Assembly: GCA_050230475.1 (NCBI GenBank)
Contig: JBFLGF010000222.1
Coordinates: 1-59,520 of the forward strand
Direction of reading: 5' to 3'
From: Ancylonema sp.
Taxonomy: Eukaryota
DNA: 59,520 nt
The position numbers and the translations under genes were made by a program. Below the pieces are notes generated by a model. It ran no database searches. It was not told the origin of the DNA and saw only the letters and a program-made list of their open reading frames with translations. Below, one piece after another: positions 38,486 through 49,809 of this stretch (positions are counted from its first letter, which is position 1; each line of letters opens with the position of its first letter).

Positions 38486-41400
38486 TGGTATCAGAGCACG
38501 GTACTGCATTCTGGATGGAGATAAAGTTCCTTTCAAGCATGGAGATCTAAGGCCTCAGCTACTCTTGATGATGCTGAGTGCCTTGAGATCTGCAAAGGAA
38601 CAAGACTATCCCAACTGAGGTTACAGCCAGATATGATGATGAACACTGGCCAACAAATGAAGCAGAAATGAAGCAGTATACACTTGATGTCAGAAGCTTC
38701 CGCAAACGACCAAAGAAGGCAGTCATGCTACTCATGCAATTTGTCAGTGACGACATCGCTACATCACTTGAACAATTTGAACGAGATGCAAAGGCGATGT
38801 GGGACTATCTGACAGAGGAGTATGACAAGGTGTCTCCAGAACTTCGACAGATTGCAAAAGAAAAGCTGAACTCTTTCAAGATCGATGAAAAAATGCCAAT
38901 CAGAGAAATCAAGAATACTCTTGTGTCGATCATCAGAGAGTGTGTACATCAAAAATTTCCAGTCAGCGCAGAAGATCAGGTGATGGCATTGTTTGCTGGC
39001 ATGTCAAGAACAAAATACGGCATGTTGAAGAAGCTGTATTATGGACAGAAAGAGGCACCTGGGATCAACTGGATCTGGGGGCAGATGGGAATGGATGAGC
39101 TGGACGACAATAAAAAAAAAGATGTCAAAGATGCTGAGGCACTAGTTGTAGAGGCAAACTATGCTAAGTGGTCAGCGCAACAAAAAAGTTCAAGCCAAGG
39201 CAGAGGTGGTTGGTGGTATCGACAATCGTGGAGGGGTACATTCAGTGGGTATTCAGCAGACAATCGTGGAATCAGAGGTGGTCGTGGAGGCAGAGGTGGA
39301 GGCAGTGGATCAAGTGGAGGACATTCCTGCTATACTTGTGGAGAGACAGGTCACTACAGCAGAGACTGCTCCAAGAAAAACGAAGAATGGCAGATATTGT
39401 GGAGCCATGGGTCATGTGGAATTCACATGTTTCGACAAGAAAAACGAGGCTCCACGAATGCAGAGAAAGGGGGTACGCACTGGGAGAAAAACAACTTTCG
39501 TTGGCGAAATCGATGAGGAGAAGAGGTGTGGTCATGGAGAAGCTGTCATCGCTGAGATATGTGAAGGAGATGTTGCAGATGATGATGATGCAGAGAAAGA
39601 TTTCCTATTCGACGATGGTTCCAGTCACCATTCCTGTGGGCAGAAAAATCTTTTCAAAATCCTCGAAGACATTCCACACGAGGTCATCATGCATCATCTG
39701 GTCGGAAGTGTGCGAGTGAAGCAGTGGGGAACAATTGAGCTGAATACTGAGGGAGAATGTGGAGGAGTAACACTCAAGAAATGTTTGTACATTCCTGGGA
39801 GGCGCATTAATCTGTTCAGCGGTCATAAAGCCAGAGAAGCAGGGTGGTCTTACACTTGCAGTGGAGAAAAGCTGGTGGCATCATTCCAGTTTACCAGTTT
39901 ACAGCAAATCTGGACAACAAGTCTGCACTCTGCAAGAAACATCGACAGGTCGAAAAACTATAATTTGCACACCGGTTCGACATCAACAACTTACTGAAGG
40001 GGAAGCTGTTGTAGCTGCTGTCGACATCAACCTCCTGCACACAAGACTTGGGCATGCAAATGAGAGAGTGCTCAAAAATCTGGCACGTATTGTACGAGGA
40101 CTAAAAAGAGGCATCTCAAGAGTTCTGCGAAACTGTGAAGGGTGCAAGCTGGGGAAGGCACACGACAAACCTCATCCTCGACGAGAAGTTGGTGAAGGAG
40201 AACAAGGCTGCCTGGGAAGTGTGTCGGTGGACTTGGCAGGGCCGTTCAATCCAGCATCAATAGGGGAAGGAGTGTACAACATGGTGCTCGTCGATGAACA
40301 CAGTCGAAAATCCTGGGTGGAAATACTTCGCTGCAAAGATGATGCAGCTCCTCGTCTGAAGCAATGGATCGCAATCTGGGAAAGACAAGCTGGGAAACCT
40401 GTTAAAAATCTGAGATCAGATCGAGGAGGAGAGATTTTATCGATGGTGATTCTGCTAGAAGTGGCTCAAAAACAGAGGCATCAGACATGAGACAACTCCG
40501 CCAAACACTCCTCAAGGCAATGCAATCACAGAGCGCACGAATCGTACGTTGCAAGAGAGGGCTCGCTCTATGCTTTTGTACATGCAACTTCCTCTTGGTC
40601 TCTGGGCAGAAGCAATCTCCTTAGCTTCATACCTCAGAAATCGATGTCAAATCAGCGGTCTTCCAAGGACTCCGGAGGAGATGTGGTCAGGAGAGGTTCC
40701 AAAGGTTGATCATCTTCGATCATTCGGCTGCAAAGTTTATGTGCGATTGGAGAAACAAGATCGGGCAGGGAAAATGAGTGCGCTGGCTTGGCTTGGTGTG
40801 TGTTAGTTGGATGGAATCCCGACAGTCCTTGCTTGCTACCGAGTCTGGGATCTTGCTTGCAACGAACAAAGTACACAACTTTGGCACTGGTCATGCAGAC
40901 TTCGATGAATCTGTCAAGCAAAGCTGGTGGAGGGGACAAAAAATTGGCAAGAAGGCAAGAGTGCATGAGCATGAGCCAGTTGCAGAAACAAAAATGTCAT
41001 GGCCAGATCTGGATGCAGCTGATCAAGGAGGGGGTAGTGTTGGTCTCGGAGGGGGTATTTCTGGAGGTGGGCAACCTGCCTATGGCGATCCAAATACTGT
41101 CGATGAAGAGATCCCTGATGCTGTCGGAAATCCATTGCCACAACTACCGAGATCTCCTCTTCCTCAGAGTGCAGATCTTCCAGAACTTGTAAGCAATTCT
41201 AGTGGAGACGATGAAGACGAAGATCATCTGGAAGATGGTCCAGAACAGATGATGCTACTCCTTTTAATCCACTTGGCGTGAACGACAACTTTCCAGAAAC
41301 TTCTATCGATGATCCTGAGCCTATTCGTCGATCTGCAAGGGAGAAAAGAGGAATGCATCCCAACAGATCTGCTGCTGCTTTTGTTGCCAACCTGGAAAGT

Positions 41401-42963
41401 GAGATAAAGACGCCGACGACTGTTGAGGAAGCTCTTAACAACCCACAAGCAGCTGAGTGGAAAGCTGCAATGGCTGCAGAAATGACGAGTCTACAAGAAA
41501 ACCAGGTCTATCAACTTGTGCCAAGGCCGAAGGGAAAGAAAGTTGTGAAGTCAAAGTGGGTGTTCAGGATCATCAATGCAGATGGTTCTATATAAAAATA
41601 CAAAGCAAGAGTTGTGGCTAAGGGATTCAGTCAAGTAGAGGGAGAGGACTACGATCAGACCTCCTTTTCTCCATCTGTTCGTTTTGAAAGCATTCGCCAA
41701 CTTGTCGCCATGGGAGCTTCCAGGGGTCTACACCTGCATCAGATGGATGTAACGACAGCTTTTCTCTATGCACCGCTGGAAGAGGAGGTGTACATGGCGG
41801 CCCCTGACGGCACGTGTGGGCCTGGTGAAGCATATTTGGTGTGGCTACTACTCAGGTGCTTGTATGGCCTCAAGCAGGCACCGAGAGGATGGAATCAGCA
41901 CATCGACGACGTGCTGAAAAGCTTGCAGTTTCATCGTCAGGCTTCAGATTTTGGCCTTTACATTATGGGAGAAGGGCCAGAAGCACTCTACTTGGCGCTC
42001 TATGTGGATGATGTGTTTCTCCTCTGCATCAGGCTGGATACTATTTTTGGGGTGAAAAGAGGGCTGGGAAAGAAGTATAACATGAAAGACCTGGGGGAAG
42101 CGAAATTATTGCTGGGGCTTGAGATTCGACGGCAGTTTGATGGAAACGTGTTTTTAGTGCAAGAGAAATATGCCAGAGATCTCCTCACCAAGTTTGGGAT
42201 GCAAGATTGCAATTCTGCTTCTACTCCTCTTGAGCTGGGTGTCAAATTTTCTGCAAACTGTGAATCTGCTTCTGAATCTGCTGGAATAGAGGGTGTGGGC
42301 TACAAGTCTGCAATGGGCAGTTTGCTATATCTCACTTCTGGAACAAGACCTGATTTGGCAACTGCTGTTAACTCCTTGTGTCGATACAGTCAACAGCCAG
42401 GGGACAAGCATTGGGAGGGGGTAAAGAGAGTTTTGGGATATCTCAAGGGAACTGTCAATTTGGGGCTGATGTATAAGAAAAGAGGTGATTTGCCAGTCAT
42501 TGGTTACTCAGATGCTCATGGTGATGACGTCGACACTAGGAAGGGGAGAACTGGCTATGTCTTTCTTAGTGGAGGAGGAGCTGTGAGCTGGAAAAGTGGT
42601 CTGCTGGAGACAGTCACACACTCAAGCTGTGAAAGGAGTGAGTATTTGGCATTGAGTGTTGCTCGAAATGAGGCCATTTATTTGAGCCAGATGCAAAAGG
42701 AGTTGGGTATTGGTGGGGGGAGTGTGCTATTGCTGGGAGACAATGAGAGTTCTTTGAAACTTGCTGAGAATCCTGTTTTCCACAAGCGCTCCAAACACAT
42801 CGAGATCAAGTATCATTCCATTCGAGAGAGGGTGACCAAGAAAAAGATCAATCTACAGTTTGTCAAGAGTGAAGACCAGGCTGCTGATATGCTGACTAAA
42901 CCAGTGTCTGCCAAGGTGTTACAGAAAAATTGTGATCTGGTGGGGTTGGTGTATGAAAAATAA
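38486..42963 (+). pseudogene. Copia gag-pol with multiple frameshifts and stops
   Basis: Zn knuckle CYTCGETGHYSRDC, protease-like FLFDDGSSHH, pre-integrase HTRLGH..CEGCKLGK, integrase VDLAGP/LRSDRGGE, RT QMDVTTAFL/LYGLKQAPR/LYVDD and RNase H GYSDA/FHKRSKHIEIKYH. Confidence 0.95.
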
Positions 42964-43044
42964 ATTGTCGACTTGTGTTTGTAAAATCGATATCGTTTTT
43001 GGTTATCGTTTTTGGAGGGGGATACAAAAGTACCAGGGAGGGGG

Positions 43045-43478
43045 TGTTAGTTGTTAGGGGCTGTGAACTTTTGTCGTTATATCGATTTTAGCAATACCGG
43101 GAATTTAGCTTTAGTTTTGTCGTTATTCGCAAATGCAGGGTGCAGGCAGGCTGCAGGCCGGCTGCAGGCCGATGTCCTTGTTTCAATGAGTACTTGGCCA
43201 TCTGGCACAAGTGTCGATAAGAACTAGTTGATGTGGCAGAATGCTTAGATATTGGCAATTGACGAAGTAGTTTCGATACCCAGCAAATTCTTTGACCAGA
43301 CAACACTCGAGTGTACTAGGTGTGAGCTTGCATGCTGAATTCCTTACTCAGACTTTCTCCTTCAAACTTGCACTTTTGTTGTGTCAACGTTTGTATTGTG
43401 ACGTGATCTGTCTGTCGATTCAAGAGTTATCTGAGAGAGTTGTGCTTTATTCTTGCATGGCAGAAGAAAGCACTCACA
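43045..43478 (+). repeat. Copia 3' LTR
   Basis: Preceded by the PPT and followed by TSD CGCCT. Confidence 0.95.
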
Positions 43479-43509
43479 CGCCTACATAAATGGGTCCCAT
43501 GCCCCTTAA

Positions 43510-43797
43510 TCTCCTATCCAGATCGAGCCCGATCGGAACCGATCCAAATTTGCGCCGCATTGGAGATCACCCGACCAAATCGGCCCATCTATAGGGGGGG
43601 GGGGGGGGGGGGGGAGTAAACAAAACGTACGTTTCTTTCTTTCTTTTTTGGGTTTCACACGACACATTTGGTTAATATCAAGTCCCCCTTCCCTCGCCCT
43701 TGAGATTTTCACGTAATGATCCGGACCGGATGTGGCTTAAATCCAATCTGGATCGGCTCCGGGCCGTAATTTCCCAATCGGATCAGGCTCACCTATG
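43510..43797. mobile_element. Right-end fragment of a GATCC/CGGATC-motif MITE
   Basis: CCGATC/CGGATC motifs ending in GGATCAGGCTCACCTATG. Similar to the 44745-45027 element. Confidence 0.5.
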
Positions 43798-44239
43798 GAC
43801 AATAATCACGGGTTGTATGGTATCAAATTATCGCTACAAAAGTGAATCATGTGTAGTTTGACCCTAAGTATCCAGCATGAAATCTCCGTATACACCCAAG
43901 GAAATGCTCATCACAATCATTGTCATGATTAGAGAGGTACTGTACTTGCTGATGTCTTTCCGGGTCCCTTCACTTTGTAAATGTATATTGCAAGTGCAGG
44001 ATGTAGAATGTTAAATACCATTACAATTCTTCCCATACCGGAGGTTGTTAGATAATAAATGTTGACCCAAAGATTGTCATAAACTTATAGCGACTCCGTC
44101 ATTTCCATGAGTTTTAAAGAAACGACAATTAAGGATCATGTTATATTTTCTCCTTCACAACTCATCAGAGATATGACAAAACAACCTTCATTTCTTGAAC
44201 CTGCCGCGAATTTGTACATTTCTCATGCGCATGTTAGGG

Positions 44240-44555
44240 ATAGTTCTCCGAGCCGAGAAAAACTAATAGTGGAACCGTAGTCCGCCCTAGTCCAGAATGC
44301 GGTCCGGGACGGACCGCGCACTTTCTTGCTTGTTTTTTTGGCGTAGATTGTGAGTGGCAAAAATGGAAATAATCGGCATTTGTCACCTATAATTTTTATT
44401 GACATATTTATACCATGCACAGGACCCACGGAATCGTTGTTTCTCCACATAAACCTCTCAAAACATCAAAAGGAAAACAATGTGTACCCTACTACCGCGG
44501 GGTCCAAGGTTTTGGTTTCGAAGGACGGACCCCGGTCCTAGATGCGGATCTTAAA
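44240..44555. mobile_element. Degenerate copy of the GGACC-motif hAT-like MITE family
   Basis: 44271-44320 closely resembles 8211-8260 (GGAACCG..GTCCGCCC..GTCC..ATGCGG..CGGGACGGACCGCG). Confidence 0.55.
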
Positions 44556-44744
44556 CTCCAATTTCGAAATGAATGTCTGAAACCGGAGTAAAAGGAGCAT
44601 ATGATATTAGGCGTAATAATATCATAAACTTTCCGGCGATTGTGGGATGGCTTAAATCAAGCAATTTTGCCACCAACGACGGGCGGCATAATATCAGGAG
44701 GATAGAGACACTTCATAACATTTGCAAAACGTGAATACTACAAG

Positions 44745-45027
44745 CATAGGTGGTCCCCGATCCATTCTGATCTCTTATCCGGATTGGCGCCGGATTGGAA
44801 ATATTCCGATTGTATCGGGCCCATCATTTTTTATTTTTATTTTTTATTTTTTTCTATAGAAAAAAACACGTGTTTGGGGGTTTTACGTCTTAATGGGTGC
44901 ATACTTGGTATGCACCCATTTTGGTCATAAATTTTGTTTGGCGCCTCCTATCCGGATCGGCACCGGATCGGGTCCGGTCCGGATCGGCGTCGGATCAGAG
45001 ATTCCGATCGGATCTGGACCAACTATG
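44745..45027. mobile_element. MITE with CATAG(G/T)TGGTCC TIRs and CGGATC subterminal repeats
   Basis: CATAGGTGGTCCCCGATCC ... GGATCTGGACCAACTATG. No recognisable TSD. Confidence 0.65.
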
Positions 45028-45424
45028 ATTAGTGTCGGGGGGGGGGAGGGGAACGTCCCACCGGGGAAGTTCGGTGGAAGCGAGTACCGTGGAATGAAGA
45101 AAATATTATCTCCCAATTTTCTATATCCTAGAATCCGAATATTTTAACGATTACCCGAGTTCAATCCCGAGTTTCGAAATGTTTGTATTCTGGGCTAAGG
45201 TTCATTACGTACCGGATGTATGGATGTACAATACTCGTCGTGATTTGGACCATTTTAAAAAAACGCATACTAATCAAAAGAAAACATATTTGGGTCTATT
45301 GCATCGGTCAAAGTTTGCTGAAATCTAAGGTCATTGACATATTGGGGATCTATCTCCCTCTCTCACGCAATGCGGAACGAGTAATCACATGAGGATGAGG
45401 AAAGATACATCCATTCCAAAACTT

Positions 45425-47653
45425 GAGGGGGCAATTCTAGAAGTCGGCAACCTGCCTCTGACAATCTGAATTCTGTTGATGAAGAGATCCGCAATGCTGT
45501 TGGAAATCATGTACCACAGCTTCCGAGTTCCCCACCTCCCCACCATCTGCAAAACTTCCACAACTTGTGAGCAACTCGAGTGGTGACGGTGAAGACCAAG
45601 TCCATATGGAAGACGGTCCTGAGTGGAATCCAAGTAATGCCACTCCTCTCAATCCTCTTGGTACTACCGATGATCCTCATGATTTTTTTGTCGATGACCA
45701 AGAAGCTCACATCCCTCCTGTGCGTTGATGTGCAAGAGATTATAGAGGTGTTCATTCAAACAGATTTGTCGCTACCTTTGTTGCTAACTTGGAAACAGAG
45801 GTCAAAACGCAAGAAACTGTGCAAGAGGCCCTCAAAAGTCCGGAATAATCTGAATGGCAGGCTACAATGGCAGCTGAAATGGGAAGCGTGCAAGAAAATG
45901 AGGTCTACAGACTTGTACCAAGGCCAAAGGGAAAGGAAGTTGTAAAATGAAAGTGGGTGTTCAGAATCAAGAAAAATGCTGATGGGACAGCAATAAAAAA
46001 TCAAAGCAAGGGTTGTGGCTAAGGGCTATAGTTAGGTTGGAGGGATAGATTATGATCAAAGTTTCTCGCCAACTGTTCGTTTTGAGAGCATTCATCTGCT
46101 TGTTGCCATGGGTGATTCCAAGGGCCTTCATATGCATCAAATGGATGTCACAACACTTTTCCTCAATTCACCCGTGGAAGAAGAAGTCTACATGGATGCT
46201 CCAAATGGCACGTGTGGGCCTGGTGAAGAAAACATGGTGTGGCTGCTCCTCAGGTGCTTGTATGGTCTCAAGCAGGCACCTAGGGGGTGGAATCCACTTA
46301 TCGACGACGTGTTGAAGGGGATGCAATTTCATCCATTTGGTTCGGATTTTGGGCTCTATATTCTGGGAGAGGGACTTGATGCACTTTATCTGGCACTCAA
46401 TACTGATGATGTCTTTCTTTTGTGCATCAGGCTGGATATAATTTATGGTGTGAAAGGGGGCTTGGGAAGGCGACACAACATGAAAGACCTCGGAGAGGCA
46501 AAATTTCTCTTAGGCCTAGAGATTCGCAGACAGCTTCATGGCAATGTGTTCCTATGTCAAGAGAAATATGCAAAGGAGCTGCTCATGAAGTTTCGGATGA
46601 GTGACTGCAATTATGATGTTACACCCCTTGAACTAGGGATGAAGTTTTCTGCAAATTGGGACCTGCTACTGATTCTGCCGGCATTGACGGAGTTGGTTAT
46701 AAGTCTGCCATGGGGAGCTTGCTTTACTTGACTTCTGGCACACATCCGGACCTCGCAGCGGCTCTTAATTCTTTGTGTCGATACATCCACCGACCAGGAG
46801 TGCAACATTGGGAGGGGGTAAATAGAGTTTTGAGGTATCTTAAAGGTTACGTCGGTTCGGGGTTGATGTACAAGAAAGAGGGTGACCTGCTAGTTTTAGG
46901 CTACTCTGATGCAAGTCATGGTGATGATGTGGATACTCGGAAGGGGAGAACTTGTTTTGTTTTTCTTAGTGAAGGGGTTGTTGTGAGCTGGAAAAACGGG
47001 CTGCTGGAAACAGTCACACACACCAGTTGTGAGAGTGAGTATCCAGTTGTAAGTGCTGGCGGTAATGAGGCCATTTATTCGAGCCAAATACAAAGGGAGC
47101 TCGGTGTTGGTGGGGGGTGTGTTTTGCTACTGGGAGACAAAGAAAGTTCGTTGAAACTTGCTGAGACTCTTGTCTTCCACAAACGTTCGAAGCATATTGA
47201 AATCAAGTATCACTCTATTCGTGAGAGAATGTCTAATAAGAATATACGCCTTCATTTTGTGAAGAGTGAAGATCAAGCTGCTCACATGTTGACCAAGGAT
47301 GTCTTTGTTAAAGTGCTGAAGAAAAACTTTGCTATGGTGAATTTTTGGTTTATGAGAAATAATTGTAGATGGATTTGTTAATGTGAAAAATCGATGTAGT
47401 TGCTCATCGTTTTTGGAGGGGGGATACTAAAGTACCCAGGGAGGGGGTGTTAGTTTTTAGGGGCTGTGATTTTTTGTCGTTATATCGATTTTTATTATTT
47501 TCAGGAACTTAGTTTTGTCGTTATTCAGCAAGTTGGCCGACGTTCTTGTTACAATGTTTACATCGACATGCTCGGCCATCTCGCACAAGTGTTAATAAGA
47601 ATAAGATGATGTGCAAAATTCTTAGATATGATTGGCAATTGACCAAGTAGTTT
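45425..47653 (+). mobile_element. 5'-truncated, more decayed sister copy of the Copia element (RT-RH, PPT, partial 3' LTR)
   Basis: Colinear with about 41050-43270. RT/RH motifs present with YVDD altered to NTDD. Same PPT. The LTR starts TGTTAGTTTTTAGGGG at 47448 and similarity stops near 47653. Confidence 0.92.
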
Positions 47654-48194
47654 CACACCCGAGTTTGTTCAGGAGAAAGTGGATTTTGCCGCACCAAGGG
47701 TTGCCCAATTCTAGTGCCACACAATAGATTCGTTCTTTTACCCCACCAACAGTCCCAATATTGTAGGATAACTTTTGTGTTGATGAGGAGCTAACCTATT
47801 CATGAAGATTGTGAACCTAAGTGATATAAGTGACATTGCCACTTCGAACGCAATTTGTCACTACGGTTCTCGTGCATATAGTCATTACGCCCTGCCCATT
47901 CAGAGGATAATGTGTCATTATGATGTGCACGAATCTGGTACGGCCATGCTTATGAAAGGCACCTCCTAATTGCGAATGAGAGTGTGTATTTTTACATCAT
48001 ATGATGTTGTTTAATAAACCCCTGATCTTTACTACAAGGTTCGGCAAGGAACGCACTCTGCCGGCGGGTCCTTCCCTCTAAATGGAAAACTCCATCTATA
48101 ATCTAAAGCTACTCCTTGAAAGAATCTTGGCTCATCATTAGGCATCAACCGGATCTGCCTCCCACCTACGACTCAGGTCTGTACAGCCAAGAAT

Positions 48195-48936
48195 CTAGTC
48201 CTCGTATGTTCGGCACTCATCAGTTTCGGGATTCTCCGCGCAGAACACCTCCAAGGGATCGGCGGCCTCCTTGGCGCGTTGCTTGGCATGGGCAGCTTCT
48301 GCAGAGATCTCCTCCACCTCATCCCAAGCAGCAGCACACTCCCCAGTTGATCCAGAATCGCAGACCTCCTTCGCTTCAGCGATCTTCTGGGCGATATTCT
48401 CATCAACCTGAAAATCAACAGATGAGGAGAAATGATGTCGTGGTTACGAGAAGCATCAGTTTCATCAAGGAAGCATGAGCACGTTTATATTGGTCGCGGA
48501 AGTTGACCTCGAATCCAGTAGTAGACAACTCCTAAACCCCAATAACTTGCTCAAATCGCGCTCGAGAAGCGGCACGAACACGGTTAGACACATGTCACCG
48601 TGCAGCAGCTATTCGTTACCCCGAAAACTGTGTGGTGCGCTCGAGCGATCAAGCTGACAAATCAAATTGGTGCAGCAATCTTCTGATATCCACAGACCCG
48701 CAGCCCTGGAAGAGTTCGTGATAAGGAATCTGAATGCAGCCCGTCCAATTCTGGGCGGGCAAATGGAAACGAATTCGAACCTTGGGGCCCGCAGCGCGCA
48801 CAGCGAAGGAAGCCCGGAGGATAGGCCTCTGGACAACGGCTTTCAAGGACATGCGTCGTCCAAACACTTGAGACTGAGCCGCGGCAGAGGCAACGGCCGG
48901 AGTCGCCACCATAAGCGAGCAAGCAAGGGCTGCCAT
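48195..48936 (-). CDS. CP12: Calvin cycle protein CP12, chloroplastic, 2 exons (122 aa)
   Basis: Exon 48936-48781 encodes the transit peptide MAALACS..FAVRAAGPK. Exon 48407-48195 encodes VDENIAQKIAEAKEVCDSGSTGECAAAWDEVEEISA..DPLEVFCAENPETDECRTYED*. The AWD.VEE motif and both Cys pairs are present. GT-AG phase-0 intron. Confidence 0.97.
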
Positions 48937-49809
48937 CGTCCTTCGCTAGTACTGCGACTCGCGGCAGATCGCTGCAGTTATACAGACTGCGGGTACTATG
49001 GAAGCAGGAGAGGAAGGTGCGAAGGACAAGAAGGTGCAGCAAGGAAGGAAGTTGCCACACGCGACAAACAATATCGGGAAGCGAAGAAGAAGCGAAGACA
49101 CGCGGATGCTATCCACTCGTCCAATGGACGGCTTTCACTGGGCCTCCCGATTTAATAGTATCTGGACTCTGTACAGTAGAACCTCGATATTAAATACCAG
49201 TGGATTTCCCAAATAATCTTTCTATATAACGAATGTTTGTCATCCTTCCGCTACGCATGCCCGTGGGCCCGCTACCGCACCTTAATAATACCCGCGCCGT
49301 AATAATACTTTTTTTTTTTGTTTTTTTTTTTGTTTAACGAATTAATTTGTCATAAATATGATTCAATAATATTGATATTGAATCAATATCGATGATAACG
49401 GTCGCATTTGATTCAATATCAATATGATTCGTAAAACTGATGAAGGGAATCCGGTAGTTATTATAAATGACCGTTATTATTGACCATTTTCACATTTAGT
49501 TATAATTAATGTTTTTTTGGCAATAATCCCATAACACCTAGATATAAATTTCATTTGAACAAATAATAAAAAAAAAGCATAATATTTAGCCAATGATTTG
49601 AACTTGATTACAAGGAAGCAATAAAAATCAACGACATCGGGTTTCAATAGTTACTTGGGTATCACCAAGTGTGCACAATTCGGTACAAACTTGAAGTGGG
49701 ATGAAAAACATACGGACACGACGGGAACCCCATCTAAGTCATGATTTGTCGGCATACTTTGATTTTTTTGCCTCGGTCGTGAGAACCTCCTAAGGTTTGC
49801 GATGAAAAT

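Larger units (their letters stand above)
38053..43478 (+). mobile_element. Full-length Ty1/Copia LTR retrotransposon, decayed
   Basis: TG..CA LTRs at 38053-38484 and 43045-43478. Perfect 5-bp TSD CGCCT. PBS TGGTATCAGAGC (38486-38497, tRNA-iMet type). PPT AGGGAGGGGG (43035-43044). Domain order gag-PR-IN-RT-RH. Confidence 0.97.

Noticed and set aside
48205..48235. Hammerhead-like CTGATGAG..GAA on the minus strand
   Set aside because: It is CP12 coding sequence (ETDECR) and lacks the required stems.
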